Of a stretch of DNA of 50,159 nt, positions 1 to 7,691 are shown one piece after another. The translations under genes were made by a program, and so were the position numbers. The stretch is from the IMG/VR virus record IMGVR_UViG_3300045988_109785; one strand, given 5' to 3'. Numbering within the stretch: the stretch's first letter is position 1; every line of letters starts with the position of its first letter. The notes below the pieces were generated by a model. That model saw only the letters and a list, made by a program, of their open reading frames with translations, made no database searches and was not told the DNA's origin. This DNA comes from a virus.

Positions 1-12
1 TAATCCAAGAAT

Positions 13-39
13 GACCCCCATTCCAGGGGGTCTTCTTTT
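13..39 (+). terminator. Rho-independent terminator downstream of the polymerase gene (also at 50117..50143)
   Basis: GACCCCC-attcca-GGGGGTC hairpin followed by a T-rich tail (ttcttttg). Confidence 0.7.
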
Positions 40-49
40 GTGGTATAAT
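21..49 (+). promoter_or_regulatory. Sigma-A-type promoter with extended -10 (TGTGGTATAAT) and a weak -35 (TTCCAG) lying in the terminator loop
   Basis: TATAAT at 44..49 preceded by TGnGG; 17-nt spacer; upstream of the SD GGAAGGAGGTG and ATG at 77. Confidence 0.5.
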
Positions 50-76
50 ATACACATAGGAAGGAGGTGAACCAAA

Positions 77-1048
77 ATGGCGGATATTCTCAAGATATCT
101 AATTCCAAGATTAGCACCTGGAGAAAATGCCACATGGCCTACCATTACAAGTATCATGACCACCTCAGACCCAAGAGGAAGGGTATCGCCCTCAGGAGAG
201 GCTCCATCATTCATGAGTGTATCGAAGCCTATGACTCTGGTCGGTCCTGGAGGAAACCCTATAAGGCCTTTGCTGAGCAGTTCTACAGAGAGACCTTCAA
301 GGAGGAGATTGTGGAGTTCGGAGACATCCCCCGTATGGTGGAGGAGCTGATGGAAAACTACCAAGCCCTCTACGAGGATGATGGTCTGGTCTACCTGGGC
401 AACGAGCTCCACTTTGAATTGCCCCTCATGCCTGGAGTGGTCATTGAGGGCTACCTGGATGCACTGGTCGAGGACGAGAAGGGGGCTGTCTGGCCTAAGG
501 AGACCAAGACCTACAAGAGGAACCCGGACTACGACTTCCTGCTCCTCAACACTCAGTCTGCCCTCTACACCTGGGCAGTCACCGAAATGGGGTACTCCCC
601 CAAAGGAACACTGTGGGACATCATTCGGGCCAAGGAGCCTGCCAGGCCCCAGATTCTCGCCAGTGGACAGCTCTCCAAGAGAGGCATTGACTCCACACCA
701 TATACGGTCAAGAAGGCCCTACTGGAGATGGGCAAGGACCCGAAGAACTATCAGGACCTTCTGGCCAAGGTCTCCTATGATGACTACTTTCGTCGCTATC
801 CTGTGAGGGTGAACCACACTGTAGTCAAGGGCATCATGAATGACTTCAAATCCACAGCCAAAGAAATTCTCAGGTATGGGGACAAGCTCTGTGACCGGAA
901 CCTCGGGAAGGGATGTGCCTGGTGTGACTACAAGCCCCTGTGCCAGGCTGACCTGATGGGCCTGGACACTGACTTCATCAGGAAGAAGCAATTCGAAGTA
1001 GTAGAAAAGGAGGGAAGACCTGATGGCAACGAAGAGGAAAACCCCTAA
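77..1048 (+). CDS. PD-(D/E)XK (RecB/Cas4-like) exonuclease
   Basis: 323-aa ORF with a strong SD. One N-terminal Cys (WRKC) plus a C-terminal C-x2-C-x5-C (CAWCDYKPLC), as in Cas4/AddB-type Fe-S nucleases. Sits in a recombination module. Confidence 0.7.
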   Translation: MADILKISNSKISTWRKCHMAYHYKYHDHLRPKRKGIALRRGSIIHECIEAYDSGRSWRKPYKAFAEQFYRETFKEEIVEFGDIPRMVEELMENYQALYEDDGLVYLGNELHFELPLMPGVVIEGYLDALVEDEKGAVWPKETKTYKRNPDYDFLLLNTQSALYTWAVTEMGYSPKGTLWDIIRAKEPARPQILASGQLSKRGIDSTPYTVKKALLEMGKDPKNYQDLLAKVSYDDYFRRYPVRVNHTVVKGIMNDFKSTAKEILRYGDKLCDRNLGKGCAWCDYKPLCQADLMGLDTDFIRKKQFEVVEKEGRPDGNEEENP

Positions 1049-1871
1049 GAAGTCCAGTCTGGAGGACCGCTTCCAGGACCTGCTTGACATGGACACCCCG
1101 ACCATCATCACCCTGTATGGTCGCCCGGGTACTGGCAAGACCACAATCTCCTGTACCCTGCCCAAGCCCCTGCTCCTCATCGATGTGAAGGACAAGGGTA
1201 CTGACTCGGGCAAGCGGGAGGACCTGGAGCCGGGAGACATCACTGTCTTTGAGCTGGAGTCCTTCGATGAAATCTATGACATCTATGACTACCTGGAGGA
1301 GAACCCTGACAAATTCAAGTCTGTGGTTATTGACCACATGACTGCCCTGCAGGACTTCTGTTACGAGAAGGTCATGGACGAGGAAGGCAAGAGCAAGATG
1401 TCTCAGGGTATGTACGGCACTGCTGGTGGGTACCTGAAGGAAGTCATCAACCTCTACAAGGGATTGACTGACCTGGGCATCACCCCCTGCTTCAACTGCC
1501 AGGACCGTATGGAGTCTGGGGATGGCGAGGGAGAGGACCAGCTGCTTCCTGAGGTAGGACCCAGCCTCATGCCCTCTGTGGCCCGCACCCTCTGTGCTGC
1601 CTCCCGTGTGATTGGCCACACTTACCAGTTCGAGAATGTGGAGAAGCTGGAAGGGGCCAAGGTCCGGAGAAACATCGAGTTCCGCCTGAGACTGGGGCCG
1701 AACCCCTACTACATCACGAAGGTCACCCGTCCCTTCGGCACCCCCTGCCCTCAATTCTTGGTGGATGCCAACTATAAGGACATCATGAAGGTGGTCAAGG
1801 GCAAGTGGGAGGACCCCACGGGAACCAAGAAAAAAGGTACCAGTGTCAAGAAGAAACTGGGCAGTAAGTAA
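1023..1871 (+). CDS. AAA/RecA-fold ATPase (Sak4-like recombination ATPase)
   Basis: Walker A YGRPGTGKTT followed by LLLIDVKDKG; typical neighbour of DUF669 and a PD-(D/E)XK nuclease in siphophage recombination modules. Confidence 0.7.
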   Translation: MATKRKTPKKSSLEDRFQDLLDMDTPTIITLYGRPGTGKTTISCTLPKPLLLIDVKDKGTDSGKREDLEPGDITVFELESFDEIYDIYDYLEENPDKFKSVVIDHMTALQDFCYEKVMDEEGKSKMSQGMYGTAGGYLKEVINLYKGLTDLGITPCFNCQDRMESGDGEGEDQLLPEVGPSLMPSVARTLCAASRVIGHTYQFENVEKLEGAKVRRNIEFRLRLGPNPYYITKVTRPFGTPCPQFLVDANYKDIMKVVKGKWEDPTGTKKKGTSVKKKLGSK

Positions 1872-1900
1872 TTTACAAAAGGGCCAAGTTCTGGTATAAT
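1872..1900 (+). promoter_or_regulatory. Sigma-A-type promoter TTTACA-N17-TATAAT
   Basis: tttaca 1872..1877; tataat 1895..1900 with TGG immediately upstream. Confidence 0.6.
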
Positions 1901-1935
1901 CAGAATGACCCTAAAAAATTAAGGAGGTTATTTCC

Positions 1936-2736
1936 ATGGCAACCAAAAACAAGAGAAGAGGCAGAGGGGGCTCCTCTGTCAACCTGGACCTTTCCGGAGT
2001 GGAGGTCGGCCGGAGGGCTATCCCTGAAGGCACCTATGCTGTTGTGGTCAACAAGGCTGAGCTGACCAAGTCTCGTGAGGGCAACAACATGATTAAGCTG
2101 GAGTTCGAGGTCACCGAAGGACCCCACAAGGGTGCCAAGCTGTTTGAGAACTGCTCCCTCCAGCCTCAGGCCCTGTTCAAGCTGAAGGGGGTCATGCTGG
2201 CCCTGGGCATGGACATTCCTGATGGGTCCTTCGACCTGGACACCAACGACCTGGTCGGCCTGAACTGTGAAGTTGAGGTGGGCCACGAAACCTACGAGGG
2301 CAAGAAAAGAGCCCGCATCCTGGAGTACATCAACCCTGAGGAAGCTGATGAGGACGAGGAAGACTCTGATGAATCCGAAGAGGAAGAGGACGACGAGGAT
2401 GAAGTGGACCTGGAAGAGAAGCTGGGCGAGATGTCTAAGGATGAGTTGAAGGACCTGGCCCTGGAGCTGGACATCCCCAAGAAGAAGGTCCTGGCTGCCA
2501 AGAAGGCCAAAGCCCTGATTGACCTCATCCTGGACGAGGCCGATGAGGAAGACCTGGTGGCCCTCCTGGACGGTGAGAACGACGATGAGGAAGATGAGGA
2601 CGATGAGGAGACTGACTACTCCGAAATGTCCCTCTCCGAGCTGAAGGCTGAGTGCAAGGACCGGGGCCTGAAGGTGAAGAAGGGCATGTCCAAGGAAGAC
2701 CTCATCGAAATGCTGGAAGAGGACGACGAGGAGTAA
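1936..2736 (+). CDS. DUF669-like putative ssDNA-binding protein with a polyacidic linker and two HeH/SAP-like motifs
   Basis: N-terminus (IPEGTYAVVVNKAELTKSREGNNMIKLEFEV) resembles DUF669. The C-terminus has D/E runs and LSELKAECKDRGLKVKKGMSKEDLIEML (Rho_N/SAP-like). Confidence 0.55.
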   Translation: MATKNKRRGRGGSSVNLDLSGVEVGRRAIPEGTYAVVVNKAELTKSREGNNMIKLEFEVTEGPHKGAKLFENCSLQPQALFKLKGVMLALGMDIPDGSFDLDTNDLVGLNCEVEVGHETYEGKKRARILEYINPEEADEDEEDSDESEEEEDDEDEVDLEEKLGEMSKDELKDLALELDIPKKKVLAAKKAKALIDLILDEADEEDLVALLDGENDDEEDEDDEETDYSEMSLSELKAECKDRGLKVKKGMSKEDLIEMLEEDDEE

Positions 2737-2742
2737 TCCTCA

Positions 2743-3075
2743 ATGGCCAGCAAACCAGAGACCAAGGTGGTCAAGAAAATCCTGGAGATGCTGAAGGACT
2801 CCTTCCCAGGCTTTTACTTCAAAACCCACGGAGGCCTGTACCAGAGAATAGGACTACCCGACATCCTGGGAGTCCACAGGGGGCGGTTCATAGGGATTGA
2901 GGTGAAGTGTCCTGGGAAGGAGGACACCCTCACCAAGAACCAGGAAAAGACCCTCAGGCTCATACGACTCTACGGTGGAGTGGGATTTATGTCAACCTCC
3001 CCCGAAGATACAAAATCTAAACTAAGAAAGGAAATGACACCATGGCCAATACCAAAGAAAAGCTCCAGACCCTGA
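2743..3075 (+). CDS. VRR-NUC domain nuclease
   Basis: PD-(D/E)XK core GLPDILGV...GRFIGIEVKCPG...LTKNQ in a 110-aa protein. Confidence 0.7.
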   Translation: MASKPETKVVKKILEMLKDSFPGFYFKTHGGLYQRIGLPDILGVHRGRFIGIEVKCPGKEDTLTKNQEKTLRLIRLYGGVGFMSTSPEDTKSKLRKEMTPWPIPKKSSRP

Positions 3076-3605
3076 AGACCCTGCACTCTCAGCAGCAGGC
3101 CCTCTACGCTGAGAAGAACGAGAAATACGACGATGCCTTCGCCAAGACCTACGCTGAGTACGGCCCCACTGTGGCCATCATCCGACTGGAGGACAAGCTC
3201 AACCGGGTCAAGGCCCTGGTCGCTGCCGGCCTGGATGGCTCCAATGGGGAGTCCCTGGTGGACACCCTGATGGACATGGCCTGCTACGCCAACATGTTCC
3301 TCATCGAGCTGGGGGCCAAGGCTTCCACAGTGGAGGAGAAGCCCAAGAAGAAGCGGAACCGGAAGAACAAGGAAGAGGCTGAGACTGGGGCTGCTGAGAA
3401 GGGTCCTCTGGATGACCTGACCAAGAAACAGCTGGTGGAGCTCATCTCCCAGCTGGGCGGCACCGCTTCCAAGAAGGACAACCGGAAGAAGCTGATGGGT
3501 ATCATCGAAGGCTTCCCCAAGGCCAAGGTGGCTGTGGCCATCACTTCCCTGAAGGCCCAGTCTGAGTCTGTGGAGGACGAGGATGATGGGGATGAAGAGG
3601 AATAA
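3042..3605 (+). CDS. DUF1599-like helical protein with a C-terminal HeH motif
   Basis: YAEKNEKYDDAF...YGP..AIIRLEDKLNRVKAL matches my memory of the DUF1599 pattern (which I believe is catalogued as nucleotide modification associated domain 1). C-terminal LTKKQLVELISQLGG...KKLMGIIE. Confidence 0.5.
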   Translation: MANTKEKLQTLKTLHSQQQALYAEKNEKYDDAFAKTYAEYGPTVAIIRLEDKLNRVKALVAAGLDGSNGESLVDTLMDMACYANMFLIELGAKASTVEEKPKKKRNRKNKEEAETGAAEKGPLDDLTKKQLVELISQLGGTASKKDNRKKLMGIIEGFPKAKVAVAITSLKAQSESVEDEDDGDEEE

Positions 3606-5133
3606 CCTCTACCCCCACCAGAAAGAAGGCGTAAGGAGGGCTTTAGCAGAGCCCTTCTTCGCTTTGTTTATGGACCAGGGGACGGGCAAGACAGCTGTGG
3701 CCATTCGAACCACAGTAAAAAGATTCATCAGGGAAGGCCTGCATAGGGTAGTGGTCTTTGCTCCAAACAACCTACTCTACAACTGGACTGTGGAGCTCAA
3801 GGAGTGGGCATGGCTCCCCCGGAACCGAGTGAAGGTCCTCAGGCTGAGGGGAAAGAAGAAGGACTGGATTGAGCAGCTCTCCAGCTTCATGAAGTATGAC
3901 CCTGAGCTCTGCACACTGGAAGAGCTTCGTGGACAGGGCCACAAGGGAAAGAAGAAAGACATCCTGAAGGACTGGAAGCCCCCGCTCATGATACTGCTGG
4001 TCAACTACGAGAAGGCCAGACTCTTAGAACCACAACTCCGGAGACTGAAGATACAAAGCCTGGTCATCGATGAAAGCCAACGAGTGAAGAGCAGGAATGC
4101 CCAGGTCTCTAAGGCCATCTACCGAACCACCCGGAGATGCAAGACCAGACTGCTCATGAGTGGGACTCCAGTCAGCAAGGGCTATGAAGACCTGTTCATG
4201 CAGTACAAGATTATGGACCCCACCATCTTTGGAGAGGACTATCGGGACTTCGAGAGCCAGTATATTCGCAAGGGCGGTTACATGGGCAAAGAGATTGTAG
4301 GTTACCAAAACATAGAGGAACTCCAGGACCTGGTGGCTGAGACCTCATATCGTGTGGAGATTGAGGACTGTGTGGACCTTCCCCCAATGGACTTCAAATA
4401 CCTGACCTGTGAGCTCACTGGAAAGGCGCTGAAGGCGTATCAGGAGCTCTATGAGGATTTATATACCCAGATACCATTGGAGGCCTCCAGAGGGCGTCTA
4501 AAGGCCATACTGAGGAAGAACCACATAGACTACTCCCCCGGGGAGAGCTACATCTCCCTGTTGATGAAGGCTGAGGACTACCTCAATGTCTCTTCCTGTG
4601 ATATGACCATCACCCAGATTATGAGGTTGCATCAGCTGGCAGGGGGCTTCATTCGACTGGACAGTGGGGAGCTGGTCCAACTCGGACGAGATAAACTGGA
4701 CTTGGCCATAGACTACCTCAGGGACAGAAAGAACCCAGTAGTTATCTTCTGCAACTTCGTGGAAGAAATCAGACTCTTGGAACGAGAACTCAAGAAGGAA
4801 TTTCCACAGCGAAGAGTGGAGAACTACCGAGACTCGAAGAACCGGGAGAAAATTGAGCGAGACTTCAAGCAGGGAAAGGTGAACATTATCATTCTGCAAA
4901 TTCACTCGGGAAGTACTGGCCTGAACCTTCAGAAGGCGGACCTGGTCATGCTCTACTCCACAAACAGAAACGCCGATGACTACTGGCAGGCCATAGCTCG
5001 TATCAAAAGACCTGGTCAAAAGAATCGAATGGAAGTGGTGTCCCTTCTGGCTGAGGGAACTGTGGACGAGGATGTGGATGCCAACATCAAAGCCAAGACG
5101 AAGCTGATGAAGAAGCTCTGGAGAAAATCTTGA
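3583..5133 (+). CDS. SNF2/DEAD-like superfamily 2 helicase
   Basis: Motif I DQGTGKT, motif II DESQRVK, motif III LLMSGTP, and a C-terminal helicase domain (GSTGLNLQ, QAIARIKRPGQ). The start may be ATG 3586. Confidence 0.85.
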   Translation: MMGMKRNNLYPHQKEGVRRALAEPFFALFMDQGTGKTAVAIRTTVKRFIREGLHRVVVFAPNNLLYNWTVELKEWAWLPRNRVKVLRLRGKKKDWIEQLSSFMKYDPELCTLEELRGQGHKGKKKDILKDWKPPLMILLVNYEKARLLEPQLRRLKIQSLVIDESQRVKSRNAQVSKAIYRTTRRCKTRLLMSGTPVSKGYEDLFMQYKIMDPTIFGEDYRDFESQYIRKGGYMGKEIVGYQNIEELQDLVAETSYRVEIEDCVDLPPMDFKYLTCELTGKALKAYQELYEDLYTQIPLEASRGRLKAILRKNHIDYSPGESYISLLMKAEDYLNVSSCDMTITQIMRLHQLAGGFIRLDSGELVQLGRDKLDLAIDYLRDRKNPVVIFCNFVEEIRLLERELKKEFPQRRVENYRDSKNREKIERDFKQGKVNIIILQIHSGSTGLNLQKADLVMLYSTNRNADDYWQAIARIKRPGQKNRMEVVSLLAEGTVDEDVDANIKAKTKLMKKLWRKS

Positions 5134-5141
5134 TTTACCCA

Positions 5142-5170
5142 TTTACAAACTCTTGGGAGTCTGGTATAGT
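5142..5170 (+). promoter_or_regulatory. Conserved early promoter ACCCATTTACA-N17-TATAGT with an upstream GAAAATCTT A/T element
   Basis: tttaca 5142..5147; tatagt 5165..5170; the cassette is shared with 6154, 36884, 37922 and 39465. Confidence 0.7.
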
Positions 5171-5219
5171 ATAAGCATAAACCACAACACACTCTACCAA
5201 CTAACAGGAGGAACAACAA

Positions 5220-5597
5220 ATGAAAAAGGTTTGGATTCTGGAAAAGCTGTACACCCCCGAAGAGACCAAGAAGTCCATCACTAAGATGGAGGAGATGCTG
5301 AAAGACATCCGCAACAATCCCGAGGCTACTGCAGAGGGTATCAGCTGCATGGAGAACACCCTCTCCACCCTGAAGCAGAGGCTGGCTGACTTCCCGGAAG
5401 GCTACTGGCTGGGATTCGAAGGCAAGATTATCTACAGACAGTTCTGCCAGGTAGCTAAAGCTGCTATCAATCGCAACCCTGACTGCACTTTCCGGGTAGT
5501 ATCTGCTGAAATCGCTGATGATGCCAAGTTCTGGCTGGGATACCAGAACCCCAACATCAACGAGGGAGTCCTGAGGTATCTGATGGCTACTCGCTAA
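5220..5597 (+). CDS. hypothetical protein
   Basis: 125-aa ORF; SD AGGAGGAAC 7 nt upstream; genome-typical codon bias. Confidence 0.6.
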   Translation: MKKVWILEKLYTPEETKKSITKMEEMLKDIRNNPEATAEGISCMENTLSTLKQRLADFPEGYWLGFEGKIIYRQFCQVAKAAINRNPDCTFRVVSAEIADDAKFWLGYQNPNINEGVLRYLMATR

Positions 5598-5612
5598 CCA
5601 ACTACAAGAGAG

Positions 5613-5639
5613 GCCCCCATTTACGGGGGCTTCTTCTTA
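5613..5639 (+). terminator. Rho-independent terminator
   Basis: GCCCCC-atttac-GGGGGC followed by ttcttctta. Confidence 0.7.
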
Positions 5640-5648
5640 TGATATAAT
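5620..5648 (+). promoter_or_regulatory. Promoter whose -35 (TTTACG) is the loop of the preceding terminator hairpin; extended -10 TGATATAAT
   Basis: tttacg 5620..5625; 17-nt spacer; tataat 5643..5648. Confidence 0.55.
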
Positions 5649-5671
5649 AGATACGTAAAGGAGGAACGCAA

Positions 5672-6145
5672 ATGACTGAGTACTTGAAGCATCGATACTC
5701 TAAGCGAGTGTGGAAGGTGGAGATTGACCATGGGCCAGACCATCCCTACCTCTCCCACTTCCCCTACGTGAGATACGTTCGCCAGTCCACTATGGAGAAG
5801 TTCTTCACCCCCTGCTCCGGACCCATACAGGACTCCCCCATCACTGTCCCTCAAGAGATTGACTGGGAGAAGCGCCAGCTCCGGAAGGAGGAGCCCATCG
5901 TGGTGAAGGCCCCTGCTCCCACAGAGAGGAAGCTCAAGAGAAAGGAACGAGCGGAGACCCGGAGGAGGGAGAAGGAACCTTCCACAGACTACACCCTGGC
6001 CGACCTCTGTGGAGAAATAGGGATGGACCCCGCCAAGGCCAGAAAGCTTCTCAGGGCCAAAGGCAAGAAGCCCCCAGAAGGGACATGGAAGTGGCCGAAC
6101 AAGGAAGCTGCGAAGGCCATCAGAAGATTTTTGAAAAAATCTTAA
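5672..6145 (+). CDS. hypothetical protein; its C-terminal ~45-aa domain is paralogous to that of 6247..6729
   Basis: 157-aa ORF with SD AAAGGAGGAAC. TLADLCGEIGMDPAKARKLLR...W.WP resembles TLKELAAEFGMKGTKARRLLR...WEWD in the next gene. Confidence 0.6.
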   Translation: MTEYLKHRYSKRVWKVEIDHGPDHPYLSHFPYVRYVRQSTMEKFFTPCSGPIQDSPITVPQEIDWEKRQLRKEEPIVVKAPAPTERKLKRKERAETRRREKEPSTDYTLADLCGEIGMDPAKARKLLRAKGKKPPEGTWKWPNKEAAKAIRRFLKKS

Positions 6146-6153
6146 TTTACCCA

Positions 6154-6182
6154 TTTACAAGTCTCGACTTATCTCTTATAAT
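6154..6182 (+). promoter_or_regulatory. Conserved early promoter ACCCATTTACA-N17-TATAAT
   Basis: tttaca 6154..6159; tataat 6177..6182; upstream GAAAAAATCTT. Confidence 0.7.
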
Positions 6183-6246
6183 GTAACTGTAATCAAACAA
6201 CACACCTCACCAACCAACAACATCTACATTATAGGAGGAAACGAAA

Positions 6247-6729
6247 ATGACTATCAACATCAACACCACTTCTCTGAAAGAGCTGAAGACCCTGAACCTG
6301 AAGGACCTGCAGGCTGTGGCTAAGGAAGTCAAGGTCAAGAACTGGTGGACCATGAAGAAGGCTGACCTGCTCCAGGTAGTGGCTGACACCTGCTTCACCA
6401 TCCAGGAGAACCTCAAGAAGGCTGAGGCTTCCTGCAAGGGGGCCAACGAAGAGGCCAAGAAGACTCAGAAGGCCCAGGCCAAGAAGAAGGCCAAGGCTGC
6501 CAAGGTGGAGAAGGATGAAGAGAACCTGGTGACCCTCAAGGAACTGGCTGCTGAGTTCGGCATGAAAGGTACCAAGGCCAGAAGACTCCTCCGGGATGCT
6601 GCCATCTCCCGTCCTTACGGTGGCAACCGCTGGGAGTGGGACAAGAACCTCCACATCGATGAACTGAACATGGCCCGGGAATATCTGAAGGCCCACACCA
6701 AGGCTCCCAAGAAGGAGCAGGACAAGTGA
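6247..6729 (+). CDS. hypothetical lysine-rich protein with an N-terminal HeH-like motif
   Basis: 160-aa ORF; SD TAGGAGGAAAC; LKELKTLNLKDLQAVAKEVKVKNWWTMKKADLLQVV. Confidence 0.6.
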   Translation: MTININTTSLKELKTLNLKDLQAVAKEVKVKNWWTMKKADLLQVVADTCFTIQENLKKAEASCKGANEEAKKTQKAQAKKKAKAAKVEKDEENLVTLKELAAEFGMKGTKARRLLRDAAISRPYGGNRWEWDKNLHIDELNMAREYLKAHTKAPKKEQDK

Positions 6730-6758
6730 TACTGGACAAAATCAAGAAACCCCCTAAA

Positions 6759-6803
6759 CCCCCTCCCTGAACCAAGTACAAGGAACAGGAGGGGGATTTC
6801 TTG
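6759..6803 (+). terminator. Terminator at the end of the rightward arm
   Basis: CCCCCTCCCTG...CAGGAGGGGG stem followed by atttcttgt. Confidence 0.65.
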
Positions 6804-6984
6804 TACGAGCCCAAAATAGGACCCCCAGCCAGAGGCCTCCAGCAGGCCGCTACAGGGCTTTTATACCCCCAGCGGTGTAGGTATATTCCCAGGGTGTCCA
6901 GGCTCCCACAGGCGCCCACGTGGCTGCCTACTGGCTGGGTCCAAAAAGGGCTCCTGGGAGCAGGATGTGAGGGGTCAGGTTATC

Positions 6985-7034
6985 TCAACAAGAAAGGCCC
7001 CCTACCCACTCCACAGGGAGCAGGCAGAGGGCCT
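6985..7034 (-). terminator. Terminator at the end of the leftward (late/lysis) arm
   Basis: On the minus strand, a GGCCC...GGGCC stem with an internal CTCC-ctgt-GGAG helix, followed by TTTCTTGTT. Confidence 0.5.
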
Positions 7035-7037
7035 TGT

Positions 7038-7412
7038 TCATGCGTGGTCTGTACGGAGGGAGTAGACCTTCTCAAGTCTAGCGTCCATGTCCCCGTTCCA
7101 ACCATGTGATTTGTAATTCTTGAACATCTCATCCAAGACCCGCCTCTCTGCTGGAGTGGCATAGCCCTGAGTGAGCAAGCGTTCAATTTCCTCGGACATG
7201 CGAGAGTAGGCCAGGAGACGAATGGTTTCCAGGGCAGCCTCAACTTTCTTGAAGAGCTCTCCATGCTCTTTACGTTGGGCCTCCTCTTCCCGCTTACGGG
7301 CCTGTCTTGCTTCTTCTTCCTTCTTGTCCTTCTGGTCGAAGAATCTCTTGACCAAGAAGAGAAGAAGACCATTGGAGCCGAGTACCGAAAGTACAACTGC
7401 AGCTAAATCCAT
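7038..7412 (-). CDS. membrane-anchored coiled-coil protein in the lysis cassette (function unknown)
   Basis: 124 aa; N-terminal TM (AAVVLSVLGSNGLLLFLV) followed by a K/E-rich helix; last gene of the lysis cluster. Confidence 0.5.
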   Translation of the reverse strand: MDLAAVVLSVLGSNGLLLFLVKRFFDQKDKKEEEARQARKREEEAQRKEHGELFKKVEAALETIRLLAYSRMSEEIERLLTQGYATPAERRVLDEMFKNYKSHGWNGDMDARLEKVYSLRTDHA

Positions 7413-7424
7413 GTGGTCTCCTCC

Positions 7425-7691
7425 TTAGTCTTCTCTATCAAGAACGTTCTGAACCTTCTGGGACTGGGTGCCAAAGTAGAAAGCGATGATGACTGCGTAG
7501 ATGGTCATGAAGTCCTGGGAGATTTGATTGGTGCAGGCCATGTAAGCAAACACACCAGTCAGGGCCAGGGTCACGATGCTCTTGACAGACATCAGGGCAG
7601 CCAGGCGGTTGATGATTTTAGAGTTACCCTTCGGGGTCTCCACCATCTCCCCAACCTCCAGGGTCTCCCCCTGCAGAGTTTCCCTGTCCAT
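7425..7691 (-). CDS. putative holin (two TM segments)
   Basis: ATG at 7691 preceded by GAGAAGGAGGTGAAAACA; TM segments SIVTLALTGVFAYMAC and FMTIYAVIIAFYFG; adjacent to the endolysin. Confidence 0.6.
   Translation of the reverse strand: MDRETLQGETLEVGEMVETPKGNSKIINRLAALMSVKSIVTLALTGVFAYMACTNQISQDFMTIYAVIIAFYFGTQSQKVQNVLDRED

Larger units (their letters stand above)
1..55. repeat. 55-bp terminal overlap, identical to 50105..50159 (circular closure or terminal redundancy)
   Basis: Direct reading: taatccaagaatgacccccattccagggggtcttcttttgtggtataatatacac occurs at both ends of the window. Confidence 0.9.

Noticed and set aside
6536-7109. ORFs 6536..6919 (minus), 6801..7109 (plus) and 6980..7396 (minus) in and around the convergent intergenic region.
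   Set aside because: They have no SD and a Pro/Gly/Arg-rich composition. They overlap terminators or the opposite strand of real genes.
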